Shown: positions 7,965 to 16,346 of the stretch, piece after piece
Numbering within the stretch: position 1 is the first letter of the stretch
How the letters are laid out: each line of letters opens with the position of its first letter
From: Candidatus Calditenuis fumarioli
GTDB lineage: Archaea > Thermoproteota > Nitrososphaeria_A > Caldarchaeales > Calditenuaceae
Direction of reading: 5' to 3'
Length of the DNA stretch: 24,000 bases
Assembly: GCA_030059665.1 (NCBI GenBank)
Contig: JANVYR010000001.1
Span: forward strand, 687,106-711,105
Notes under the pieces: generated by a model
The model's database searches: none
What the model saw: only the letters and a program-made list of their open reading frames with translations
Told to the model about the DNA's origin: nothing
Position numbers and translations under genes: made by a program

Positions 7965-8619
7965 GGCCGTAAACGGTGCAGGGCGCGCTGTCGATGAGGT
8001 CGATGGCCAGCGGCGCCACCAGCATCAGGTCGTACCTCTCTGGCTTCCCCTCGAGGTCCATGTCCTCCACGATCAGGAACCTCCTGCCCCTCAGCAGGAC
8101 CCTGTGGGCCTCCCTTCCCATCTCCCTCCTGAGCGGGGAGCTGATGCTTATCGCGTCGATCCCGATGGCCCTGAGGTTGCCGAAGGAGGCGATGAGCCTC
8201 GCTGCCTCGACCGAGAGGGAGATCCCGACGTTCGCGTAGGTCTCAGGGTCCCTCGACCTGTGCCGCTGGAGCCCCGTCCTGATCAGGACCGCCTCGGACG
8301 TCCTCAGCTCCTCACCGTACCCTCTCAGGTCCTCCGGTGCGATGACCTCTCCCGGGGACTTGGGGACGTCCAGCACGCGAACTCCCCGGAAGGTCAGCTC
8401 CTCAGGCCCGAACTCGGAGATCCTGGGACCTGCGTCGTCGAAGTGGTTCGGGGCGTCGACGTGGGTGCCGATGTGGTTGGTGAGGGAGAGACGCCAGGCG
8501 TTGGAGCTGTCTCCGCGCGCAATGCTCCTCACCTGCTCCAGAACCGGCCCCTCGTTCCCAGGGTAGACCGGGTCGCCGATTCGGGTCACGTGGGACAGCC
8601 TGAAAACCCTGAAGCGCAT
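7945..8619 (-). CDS. Putative cyclase / kynurenine-formamidase-like metal hydrolase family protein
   Basis: HIGTHVDAPNHF matches the HxGTHxDxPxH motif of the putative-cyclase family. Start set at ATG 8619 (MRFRVFRL...), 27 nt from GGTATATGC. The longer ORF to 8766 would run into the divergent gene. Confidence 0.7.
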   Translation of the reverse strand: MRFRVFRLSHVTRIGDPVYPGNEGPVLEQVRSIARGDSSNAWRLSLTNHIGTHVDAPNHFDDAGPRISEFGPEELTFRGVRVLDVPKSPGEVIAPEDLRGYGEELRTSEAVLIRTGLQRHRSRDPETYANVGISLSVEAARLIASFGNLRAIGIDAISISSPLRREMGREAHRVLLRGRRFLIVEDMDLEGKPERYDLMLVAPLAIDLIDSAPCTVYGLILEDA

Positions 8620-8642
8620 CGGCTCAACCCGATCCGACCTCA

Positions 8643-8650
8643 GCATATAC
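8643..8650 (-). promoter_or_regulatory. TATA box (GTATATGC on the - strand) for the cyclase-family gene
   Basis: Centre about 8646, 27 nt upstream of ATG 8619. Confidence 0.45.
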
Positions 8651-8737
8651 CGGTGGTCCGATCCGCGTGTGGCCAAAGCGAGCGTCCATGCCCGGGTCAG
8701 GGGGATGGCCTTTATCAGGTGCAGCAGCTGGGAGGGG

Positions 8738-9787
8738 GTGAGGTTGCGAAGCAAAAGGGAGCTCAAGCTCGGCTACTGGCTGGCGACGGAGCAGCACGGC
8801 CCTACGAGGCTTATGGAGCTGGCGACCCATGCGGTCATCGCGGGCTTCGACGTCCTCGTGCTAAGCGACCACTTCCACCCGTGGAGGGACAAGGGAGGTC
8901 AGGCACCGCACCCGTGGATAGTGCTCACCGCCATCGCCGAGCGCTTCAAGGGGGTTGAGGTGGGGACCGCGGTGACGACGCCCCTGTTCAGGTACCACCC
9001 TGCAATAGTCGCGCAGGCCTTCGCAACCCTCGACCACATGTACCCCAACCGGATCTTCATCACCGTCGGAACTGGTCACGCGATGAACGAGGTTCCACTG
9101 GGCTTCGAGTGGCCGGGCTACAAGGAGAAGGTGGGGAGGCTGAGGGAGGCGATCGAGATCATGAAGCTGCTCTGGGAGGGGGACTTCGTCGATTACGAGG
9201 GGACTTACTACAAGCTCAGGACCGCGAAGCTCTACACCAAGCCCCGCGGAAGGGTGAGGGTTTACGTGGCCACAGCCGATGCGGGCGTTGCGCGGATCGC
9301 CGGAGCGCTCACCGACGGGATCCTGACGAACCCGAGGGGGATGGAGAACTTCAACGCGCTGGTATCGGCATTCCTGGAGGGCGCTAAGTCCGCCGGTAAG
9401 GACCCGTCGAGCCTCTCACTTTGTCTGGAGTTCAAGGTCTCCTACGACATCGACTACGACAGGGCGCTCCAGGGAGCCCTCTTCTGGGGGCCGACCGCGA
9501 TACCGCGGGAGAAGCGGGAGAAGATCTGGGACCCGAGGGTTCTGGAGAGCATGGTCGGCGAGGCCGAGGTCGAGAAGATCAAGAAGACCTGGCTGATCAC
9601 GAGCGACCCGGACGACATCTACAAGGCTCTGGGCGAGCTGATGAAGCTCGGGTTCGACAGGGTCTACATCCACAGCTCGTCTCCCGACGAGGAGAAGTTC
9701 CTGAGGATGCTGGGGAGGGAGATACTGCCGTGGCTGAGGGAGTACTACAGCTCCCTCCGGGTGCCTCTCAGGGTAGCGCCCGAGTGA
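8738..9787 (+). CDS. LLM-class F420-dependent oxidoreductase, glucose-6-phosphate-dehydrogenase (FGD) family
   Basis: Near-colinear with my recollection of mycobacterial FGD: ELKLGYW..EQ...SDHFHPWR..GGQAP...TPLFRYHPAIVAQAFATLDHMYPNRIFITVGTGHAMNE...GDFVDYEGTYYKL. Start ambiguous (GTG 8738, TTG 8744, or GTG 8669). Confidence 0.8.
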   Translation: MRLRSKRELKLGYWLATEQHGPTRLMELATHAVIAGFDVLVLSDHFHPWRDKGGQAPHPWIVLTAIAERFKGVEVGTAVTTPLFRYHPAIVAQAFATLDHMYPNRIFITVGTGHAMNEVPLGFEWPGYKEKVGRLREAIEIMKLLWEGDFVDYEGTYYKLRTAKLYTKPRGRVRVYVATADAGVARIAGALTDGILTNPRGMENFNALVSAFLEGAKSAGKDPSSLSLCLEFKVSYDIDYDRALQGALFWGPTAIPREKREKIWDPRVLESMVGEAEVEKIKKTWLITSDPDDIYKALGELMKLGFDRVYIHSSSPDEEKFLRMLGREILPWLREYYSSLRVPLRVAPE

Positions 9788-9921
9788 GCGGAGCCCTTCG
9801 CGCCCGGTTCCCGATCTGGGCCAGCTCTCCGTTAATTTCCGCTTCCCAAACCGTCGGAGCCGCAGGACAGCGCAAACACTACAAATTGCACCGCGTATTG
9901 CTGACCGGAGCGGGTGGAGGG

Positions 9922-10500
9922 ATGTCCGAGCTGAGGGCTGAGACGACGGCGAAGCCGAAGTACGCGGAGGAGGTCGTCCAGATCCCGGAGGGCGTGACGG
10001 TCGAGGTGGTGGACGAGGTGACGATAAGGGTGAAGGGGCCGCTGGGGGAGCTGGTGAAGTCCTTCGCGAACGCCGGCATCAGGATCTCCAAAACCGAGAA
10101 CGGCCTGCTGGTCAGGGTCTACGGGAGGGGCAAGAGGGTCGATGCGATGATCGGGACGTTCAAGGCCGTCTTCAGGAACATGGTGCTGGGCGTGACGAAG
10201 GGATTCACGTACAAGCTTAAGGTCGTTCAGACCCACTTCCCGATGAACCTGAAGGTGCAGGGGAACAGGCTCGTGATCGAGAACTTCATCGGCGAGCGCT
10301 ACCCGAGGGTCGTCGAGATTTTGCCGGGCGTTAAGGTGACAGTGAAGGGCGAGGACGTGATCGTCACCGGGATCGATAGGGAGGCGGTCGGGCTCGTCGC
10401 GGGCCGGATAGAGCAGGCGACCAAGATCAGGAACAAGGACCTCAGGAAGTTCCTCGACGGGATCTACGTCTACTACAAGGGCGTTGGGATCGAGAAGTAG
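9922..10500 (+). CDS. rpl6: Ribosomal protein uL6 (L6P)
   Basis: 192 aa. IPEGVTVEV...VKGPLGEL...GVTKGFTYKLKVVQTHFPMNLKVQGNRLVIENFIGERYPR...VTGIDREAVG..A.RIEQATKIRNKDLRKFLDGIYV is canonical archaeal L6. ATG preceded by GGTGGAGGG. Confidence 0.9.
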   Translation: MSELRAETTAKPKYAEEVVQIPEGVTVEVVDEVTIRVKGPLGELVKSFANAGIRISKTENGLLVRVYGRGKRVDAMIGTFKAVFRNMVLGVTKGFTYKLKVVQTHFPMNLKVQGNRLVIENFIGERYPRVVEILPGVKVTVKGEDVIVTGIDREAVGLVAGRIEQATKIRNKDLRKFLDGIYVYYKGVGIEK

Positions 10501-10511
10501 CCGCACCCCCT

Positions 10512-12611
10512 TCACGACCTCGCCTCGAACCGCAGCAGCTCCAGCGGGTGGAGCACCCTCATCCCGGTTCCCGACCTCAGGTGAAGGGCGCAGACGCTGC
10601 TCTCCGTGACGATCGCGTCGAACCCTCCCGACCTGAAGGCGTCGAAGAGCCTCCTGCCCATCGCCTGAGAGAGCTTTCTCCCGATCGGCCCGGCCTTCAT
10701 CCCGAAGGTTCCGGCCATGCCGCAGCACATCCCGTCGCCGACGACCTCGGCCTCTGCACCGGCCCTTCGCAGCAGCCAGAGAACGTTCTCGGCACCGGAG
10801 AGGGCCCTCTGATGGCACGGGACGTGGACGCCGTACCTACCCCTCACCGGCCTCGCGGACAACCTGCCCGATGCCGCGAGCTCCCTCAGCAGCCCCAATG
10901 CTTCCACCGTTTTCCCCGCGACCTCCACAGAGGCCTCGTTGCGTAGCAGGTAGGGGTAGACGAACTTGAGCGCGTAGGTCGCCGTCGGCTCCAGAGATAC
11001 GACGAGATAACCCCTGGAGGTGAACTCTCGCAGCACGCGGACGTTGTACTCCGCGATCCTCATCGCCCCCTTCAGGTCTCCGTAGGCCACCAGCGGGTAG
11101 CCCGAGGTCCTAACGTCGGGGACATCCACCTCGATCCCGGTTTCCTGCAGCAGCGCGATCATCCCCTCGGCCAGGTCAGGCCTGACGTACTCGTAGAAGA
11201 AGTCCGGGAAGAGCGCGACCCGCATCACGGGGTTCTCGGGCCTCCGCATCACCCTCCCCAGACGCGCCCTCAAGCTCCTCTCCGCGAAGGGAGGAACCTC
11301 TGCATCCCTGTCCAGGCCCAGCAACCTCTCCATCAACCACCTGAAGGTACGGGACCTCAGCGCCCAGTTGGCGACGGGCGCGAACCTCGAGGCCAGTGCT
11401 CCGAACCGCTCGTAGGCCATCATGACCCTGTTGACCCAGGGGAATCCGCGGGACTCCGCGTCGAGCTCCTTCACCCGCGCTATCATCATCGGTATGTTGA
11501 TCTCCACTGGGCAGACCTCCCTGCAGAGGCCGCAGGAGATGCAGAGGTGCGCGAAAACGGCACGATCGAGGCCGTGGACGTTCGCGGTCCAGGGTATACC
11601 GATGGGCCCTGGGTAGATGTGCCCGAAGACGTGACCGCCGACGACGCTGTACGGAGCGCAGACGTTCATGCAGGCCCCGCACCGGATGCAGTAGAGGGCC
11701 TCCCTGAAGACCGGATCTTCCCTCATCCTCCTACGGCCGTTGTCGAGCAGAACCACGTGCAGCTCCCTCCCCTCGGACCCTGGCAGCTCCATCCTCCCTC
11801 CCATCACGGAGACGTAGACGGTCAGCCTCTGGCCCGTGGCGGCCACCGCGTGGGACCTGGCGAGCATCAGGGCCTCCTCGACTGTACTCACCACCTTCTC
11901 GATGCCTAGGAGGACGATCTGGATTCTCGGCAGCGAGGCGACGAGCCTGCCGTTCCCCTCGTTCGTCTCCAGCACCACCGCACCCAGCTCCGCGATCGCG
12001 ACGTTGGCGCCGTTGATGCCGACGTCAGCCTCGAGGAACTTCCGCCTGAGCCTCTCCCTGACGTACCTGAGCACCGCGCCTATCTCCGGCTCAAGCCTCA
12101 CTCCTGCCTCCGCGGAGAAGAGCCCTGCCACCTCCTCGACCGTCCTGTGTATCGCGGGGAAGACCAGGTGGCTCGGCCTCTCCTTCGCCAGCTGGATGAT
12201 CCGCTCGCCGAGGTCCGTCTCGATCACCTCGATCCCAGCACCCTCGAGAACCCCGTTCAGCTCGATCTCCTCGCTGGTGAGGGACTTAGACTTGACGACG
12301 GTCCTGGCGCCTGCCCTCTCCGCTATCCCGAGGATTATCTCGCAGGCCTCTTTCGCGTCCGCTGCGAAGTGCACCTTCGCTCCCCTCGCCTCGGCGTTCC
12401 TGACGAACTCCCGCACCAGCTCCTCGAGCTCCTCGACGCTCCTCTCCTTGATCGCCCTCACACCAGCCCTGAACGACGCGTAGTCCTCGAACTCCGCTAT
12501 CGCCCGCTCCCTACCCCTCAGACCCCTGAGCATGGCCGCGTACAGCCCCCTCACCCCTCCCCTCCGGATCGACTCGGAGACGGCCCGCTCGAGCTCCCGG
12601 TACGTCATCAC
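10512..12611 (-). CDS. Fused LutB-LutA-type iron-sulfur oxidoreductase (LUD domain + 2x[4Fe-4S] ferredoxin + CCG cysteine-rich domains)
   Basis: N-terminal LUD/DUF162-like region (KSKSLTSEEI...HLVFPAIH). Ferredoxin motifs CIRCGACMNVCAPY and CISCGLCREVCPVE. C-terminal CCG motif GMCCGMAGTFG. Confidence 0.75.
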   Translation of the reverse strand: MMTYRELERAVSESIRRGGVRGLYAAMLRGLRGRERAIAEFEDYASFRAGVRAIKERSVEELEELVREFVRNAEARGAKVHFAADAKEACEIILGIAERAGARTVVKSKSLTSEEIELNGVLEGAGIEVIETDLGERIIQLAKERPSHLVFPAIHRTVEEVAGLFSAEAGVRLEPEIGAVLRYVRERLRRKFLEADVGINGANVAIAELGAVVLETNEGNGRLVASLPRIQIVLLGIEKVVSTVEEALMLARSHAVAATGQRLTVYVSVMGGRMELPGSEGRELHVVLLDNGRRRMREDPVFREALYCIRCGACMNVCAPYSVVGGHVFGHIYPGPIGIPWTANVHGLDRAVFAHLCISCGLCREVCPVEINIPMMIARVKELDAESRGFPWVNRVMMAYERFGALASRFAPVANWALRSRTFRWLMERLLGLDRDAEVPPFAERSLRARLGRVMRRPENPVMRVALFPDFFYEYVRPDLAEGMIALLQETGIEVDVPDVRTSGYPLVAYGDLKGAMRIAEYNVRVLREFTSRGYLVVSLEPTATYALKFVYPYLLRNEASVEVAGKTVEALGLLRELAASGRLSARPVRGRYGVHVPCHQRALSGAENVLWLLRRAGAEAEVVGDGMCCGMAGTFGMKAGPIGRKLSQAMGRRLFDAFRSGGFDAIVTESSVCALHLRSGTGMRVLHPLELLRFEARS

Positions 12612-12612
12612 C

Positions 12613-13164
12613 TCACACCTCCAGGAAGACCACCGTTGTGTGTGGTCCGTGCACGCCGAGCGTCAGCCTGAGCTCTATGTCGCCGGTCCTGCTCGGCCCA
12701 GAGATCAGCGTCACCGCGAAGCCCCTGCTCTGAGCTGCCCTCCTGATCAGGCCAGCGACCTGAAGGAGGTCCGGGAGCACAGCTTCGGCCCTGATGTGGG
12801 CGACGTGGACCGGAGGTAGAGCGGAGACCAACCTGTCGGACTCGGTGTGGCAGACCTCGACGATCGATCCCGTTTCGGCGACCGCCGCTGCCGGGAAGGT
12901 TACGCCGGCCCCGCAGCCCTCGATGCTCGCCGCGTCTGCGCCCGGTGGAACCACCTCGAACCGTCCGCGGAGCTCTCGGATCAGATCGCTCGACCTGTTG
13001 TCGCCGGAGGAGGCCACAGCCACCCGTTTCACCCCTCTCCTCTCCAGCCACTCCGCTATGCCCCGGACGGCCCCGTCCCAGCCGCGCGTGACCACGACCT
13101 CGCCGTTCTGGTCGGTGAACCTCTCCGCAAACCTCCTCACGACCTCGCCGACCTCCGGCTGCAA
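12613..13164 (-). CDS. LutC-like LUD-domain protein
   Basis: 183 aa with the size and composition of LutC/YkgG-type LUD proteins. Sits immediately upstream of and coupled to the LutB-LutA fusion (1-nt spacer). TTG start 27-28 nt from CTTTTATAG. Confidence 0.6.
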   Translation of the reverse strand: MQPEVGEVVRRFAERFTDQNGEVVVTRGWDGAVRGIAEWLERRGVKRVAVASSGDNRSSDLIRELRGRFEVVPPGADAASIEGCGAGVTFPAAAVAETGSIVEVCHTESDRLVSALPPVHVAHIRAEAVLPDLLQVAGLIRRAAQSRGFAVTLISGPSRTGDIELRLTLGVHGPHTTVVFLEV

Positions 13165-13187
13165 CCCACGACGGCATCAGCCCATCG

Positions 13188-13196
13188 CTATAAAAG
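13188..13196 (-). promoter_or_regulatory. TATA box (CTTTTATAG on the - strand) for the lutC-lutBA operon
   Basis: Centre about 13192, 28 nt upstream of the TTG at 13164. Confidence 0.5.
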
Positions 13197-13290
13197 TGGG
13201 GATCGCAACGGGTTCCGAGAGGTCAACTGTGGGGACGCAGGCGCGGGAACCCGGCACGATCCGATGGGACGCCTCAATCGCGGCGAACCA

Positions 13291-13298
13291 CTAAATAC
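13291..13298 (+). promoter_or_regulatory. TATA box (CTAAATAC) for tRNA-Val
   Basis: Centre is 27 nt upstream of tRNA position 1 (13322). Confidence 0.5.
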
Positions 13299-13321
13299 TG
13301 TGGCTCAACAGTCCTGTCTGC

Positions 13322-13393
13322 GGGGCCGTGGTCTAGTGGCATGACGCCGCCCTCACACGGCGGAGGTCGTGGGTTCGATTCCCACCGGCCCCA
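13322..13393 (+). tRNA. tRNA-Val (anticodon CAC), no intron, CCA not encoded
   Basis: Manual cloverleaf. Acceptor GGGGCCG/CGGCCCC; D arm GUCU-AGUGGCA-UGAC; anticodon stem CCGCC/GGCGG with loop CU-CAC-AC; T arm GUGGG-UUCGAUU-CCCAC; discriminator A. Confidence 0.9.
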
Positions 13394-13481
13394 TCCGATA
13401 AGTTGGGCAACTCTCGTCCACGGCGGGTCACTTGCTGAGCTTCGGCCCCTCGGCGAGAGGTCGGTTCGGCGTGACGTGAGC

Positions 13482-13490
13482 AATATATTA
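13482..13490 (+). promoter_or_regulatory. TATA box (AATATATTA) for the Trbp111-like gene, followed by a GACCGGTTG element
   Basis: Centre is 27 nt upstream of GTG 13513. Confidence 0.5.
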
Positions 13491-13512
13491 GACCGGTTGA
13501 GGACGGATCGCC

Positions 13513-13845
13513 GTGGCGGAGCAGATCGACATCTCCGAGTTCAGGAAGGTCGACATCAGGATAGGGAAGGTAGTCGAGGCCGAGCGGGTCCAGGGGACCG
13601 ACAGGCTGATCAGGCTGACCGTGGACTTCGGAGGCGTCCGGAAGCAGGCCCTTACGGGACTCGGTCACCTCTACCAGCCCGAGCACTTCCTGGGAAGGAA
13701 GTTCGCCTTCGTCACGAACCTTAAGCCGAAGAAGGTGAGGGGTCTCGTGTCCGAGTGCATGATCCTTGCGGCCATGAAGGACGAGAACGACGTGGTCCCT
13801 CTGGTCCCGGAGAGGGACATCGCCGAGGGCTCTCAGGTCCTCTGA
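13513..13845 (+). CDS. Stand-alone tRNA-binding OB-fold protein (Trbp111/CsaA/MetRS C-terminal-domain-like)
   Basis: 110 aa. F.KVDIRIGKVVEAE...DRLIRLTVDFG...RQ...GL...Y.PE.L.GRKFAFVTNLKP.K.RG..S.CMILAA is typical of this domain. Confidence 0.8.
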   Translation: MAEQIDISEFRKVDIRIGKVVEAERVQGTDRLIRLTVDFGGVRKQALTGLGHLYQPEHFLGRKFAFVTNLKPKKVRGLVSECMILAAMKDENDVVPLVPERDIAEGSQVL

Positions 13846-14261
13846 CCCCTCAGGAACTCCTCAGCGGCCGCGAGCACCTCCCTCGACGTCCTGAACCTCA
13901 GCCTGGACATCGCCTCCTCGAAGGGCAGCCACTCGAACCCCTTGTGCTCGTGGGAGATCCTCACGTCGGTAGTTTTGGATTTTCCAAGATAGTAGACGAC
14001 GCTCTTATGCACTTTCTCACCCTTCTCGGTGTAGAAGTAGCTGATCTCCTTCCGGAAGCCGAAGAGGACCTCGACGTCGTTCAGGCCGGTCTCCTCGCGG
14101 AGCTCCCTCAGGGCGGCCCTGATGTCGCTCTCCCCCTGCTCCACGTGGCCCTTCGGGAAGTCCCAGTGACCGCTGGGGTAGTGGAGAAGCAGATAGAGCC
14201 TGGTGCCGTCCTCGCGCTCGGAGAAGACGACGAAGCCCGCGGACCTCTCCCTTCTGACCAT
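13833..14261 (-). CDS. Nudix hydrolase (Ap4A-hydrolase-like)
   Basis: Nudix box GHWDFPKGHVEQGESDIRAALRELREETG. Starts 4 nt after the acs stop. Confidence 0.85.
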   Translation of the reverse strand: MVRRERSAGFVVFSEREDGTRLYLLLHYPSGHWDFPKGHVEQGESDIRAALRELREETGLNDVEVLFGFRKEISYFYTEKGEKVHKSVVYYLGKSKTTDVRISHEHKGFEWLPFEEAMSRLRFRTSREVLAAAEEFLRGQRT

Positions 14262-14265
14262 CCGC

Positions 14266-16275
14266 TCAGCGGATCTGCCTCCTCAGCTCCTCGTAAGCGG
14301 TCTTGATCTCCTCAACGGTCGCCTCATCCTCGAGGGTCGTGACGTCGCCCAACGGCGCGTTCATCAGGACCGCCCTCAGCAGCCTCCTCATGATCTTCCC
14401 GCTCCTGGTCTTGGGAAGGGCCCTGACGAAGACCACCTCCCTCGGCACCATTATCGGTCCGTACCTCTCCCTTATCCACCTCATCAGCTCGGCCTTCAGC
14501 TCGCCCGACGGCTGGTGTCCTGACTTGAGGACGACGAACGCCACCGGAGCCTCGCCCTTGACCTCGTCCGGAACGCCCACCACGGCCGACTCCGCAACGG
14601 ACGGGTGAGCGACGAGCGCCGACTCGAGCTCGTAGGTGCCTATCCTGTGGCCGGCGACCTTGAGGACCTCGTCAGCCCTTCCAGCGACCCAGATGTAACC
14701 GTCCTCGTCCCTGATCGCGTAGTCGCCTGTGTAGTAAACCCCTGGGAACCTGGACCAGTACACCCTGTTGTAGCCCTCCGGATCCCCCCACATGCCGGTG
14801 GGAGGAGCGAGCATCCCGGGCCAGGGCCTCTTGATCACGAGGAAGCCCTTCGATCCGGCCGGCAGGGACCTTCCCTGCTCGTCGACCACGTCCACCTCTA
14901 TCCCAGGAAGCGGAGGGCCGTTGGTGCCGGGCTTCAGCGGGACAAGCGCCAGCCCGGGAGCGTGGCTGATCAGGATCCCACCGGTCTCGGTCTGCCACCA
15001 AGTGCTCCCGACCGGGCACCTCCCTCCGCCGACCACCTCGTAGAGCCACCTCCAGGCCGACGGGTTGATCGGTTCGCCGACGCTGTGGATCAGCCTCAGC
15101 GTCGAGAGGTCGTGCCTCTTCACGTGCTCGTCGCCGAAGCGGATGAGCATCCTGACGGCCGTCGGGGTGGTGTAGAGGATCGTGACGCCGTACCTCTCCA
15201 CTATCGACCACCACCTGTCTGGTGCCGGGTAGTCGGGCGTTCCCTCGTACATCACGATCGTTGCTCCCTCCATCAGCGGCCCGAAGACGACGTAGCTGTG
15301 CCCCGTGACCCATCCTATGTCGGCCGTGCAGAAGTAGACGTCCTCGTCCCTTATGTCGAAGACCCACTTCATCGTGGCGTGGAGGAGGACGGAGTAGCCG
15401 TGGTGGTCGTGGATGATGCCCTTGGGCTTCCCGGTGGTACCTGAGGTGTAGAGCACGTAGAGCGGCTCATCGCAGGTCATCCTCTCGGGCTCCACGTAGG
15501 CGTTCACGGGGACCTCAGCGAGCAGGTCGTCGAGGAAGACGTCGCGTCCATCCGTCATCGGTACATCGGCCCCGAGCCTACTGACGACGACCACCTTCCT
15601 GATGCCGTCGTAGAGCCTGATCGCCTCATCGGCGATCTTCTTCAGCTCGATGACCCGACCCCTCCTGTAGAACCCGTCGGCGGTGATCAGGTACCTGGCT
15701 CCGAGGTCCCTCATCCTCATCGCGAGGTTCTCGCCGGTGAAGCCGCTGAAGACGACGGTGAAGACAGCGCCGAGCCTGGCGCATGCCAGCATCACCGCTG
15801 GGAGCTCCGGAACCATCGGCATGTAGATCGCCACCCTCTCCCCCCTCGAGACGCCCAGACGCCTGAGGGCATGGGCTATCCTGTTGACGAGCCTCCAGAG
15901 GTCGAAGTAGGTGAGGACGCGCCTCTCTCTCGGTTGGCCCCTCTCGTCGACCGGCTCACCCTCCCAGATGATCGCGACCTTGTTCCGCCTCCAGGTCCTG
16001 ACGTGCCTGTCGAGGCAGAGGTGGGAGACGTTGATCTCGCCGCCGACGAACCAGCGGTAGACGTTCGGGTGCTCGCCTGGAACGAGGACCCTATCCCACT
16101 TCCTGAACCACTCCAGCTCCTCCGCGACCCTACCCCAGAAGCCCTCCAGGTCCTCGACCGCGGCACGGTGGAGCTCGAAGTACGACTTCGGGTCCACGAC
16201 TTTACCCGAGTGGCTCGCCGGGACGATCCTCTCCTCAAACGGAAGGGGTTCGCCCATGATGCCCTCGGACGACAT
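14266..16275 (-). CDS. acs: Acetyl-CoA synthetase (AMP-forming acetate--CoA ligase)
   Basis: 669 aa, colinear with Acs. N-terminal ...FWGRVAEELEWF..W; AMP-binding motif YTSGTTGKPKG; YYTGDYA; C-terminal catalytic-Lys region TRSGKIMRRLLR. Confidence 0.9.
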   Translation of the reverse strand: MSSEGIMGEPLPFEERIVPASHSGKVVDPKSYFELHRAAVEDLEGFWGRVAEELEWFRKWDRVLVPGEHPNVYRWFVGGEINVSHLCLDRHVRTWRRNKVAIIWEGEPVDERGQPRERRVLTYFDLWRLVNRIAHALRRLGVSRGERVAIYMPMVPELPAVMLACARLGAVFTVVFSGFTGENLAMRMRDLGARYLITADGFYRRGRVIELKKIADEAIRLYDGIRKVVVVSRLGADVPMTDGRDVFLDDLLAEVPVNAYVEPERMTCDEPLYVLYTSGTTGKPKGIIHDHHGYSVLLHATMKWVFDIRDEDVYFCTADIGWVTGHSYVVFGPLMEGATIVMYEGTPDYPAPDRWWSIVERYGVTILYTTPTAVRMLIRFGDEHVKRHDLSTLRLIHSVGEPINPSAWRWLYEVVGGGRCPVGSTWWQTETGGILISHAPGLALVPLKPGTNGPPLPGIEVDVVDEQGRSLPAGSKGFLVIKRPWPGMLAPPTGMWGDPEGYNRVYWSRFPGVYYTGDYAIRDEDGYIWVAGRADEVLKVAGHRIGTYELESALVAHPSVAESAVVGVPDEVKGEAPVAFVVLKSGHQPSGELKAELMRWIRERYGPIMVPREVVFVRALPKTRSGKIMRRLLRAVLMNAPLGDVTTLEDEATVEEIKTAYEELRRQIR

Positions 16276-16346
16276 GACCTTAACACTCCCGCGACCCGTC
16301 CAACGGATAAGCCTTCAGGCACACGTAAAGCCGTGGTCGGAGAACG

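Noticed and set aside
8620-8766. Extended N-terminus of the cyclase-family ORF (273-aa version) and the GTG 8669 start of the FGD-like ORF
   Set aside because: The two extensions would overlap head-to-head. Homology to the respective families begins at MRFRVF (8619) and at ELKLGYW (about 8738-8744), and the A/T boxes fit those internal starts. GTG 8669 cannot be fully excluded.
9421-9921. Long N-terminal extension of the uL6 ORF (359-aa version)
   Set aside because: It overlaps the 3' end of the FGD-family gene in another frame, has no L6 similarity and is Arg/Gly-rich. A proper ATG with a GGTGGAGGG ribosome-binding site sits at 9922.
9832-10818. 328-aa - strand ORF spanning uL6 and the end of lutBA
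   Set aside because: It crosses two well-supported genes in antisense or alternative frames and has low-complexity Arg/Gly/Asp composition.
13394-13512. tRNA-Val 3' flank as an integration (att) site or remnant of a mobile element
   Set aside because: There is no repeat of the tRNA 3' half elsewhere in the window, no integrase or phage-like genes, and no compositional shift. The next gene is a native-looking tRNA-binding protein with a standard promoter.
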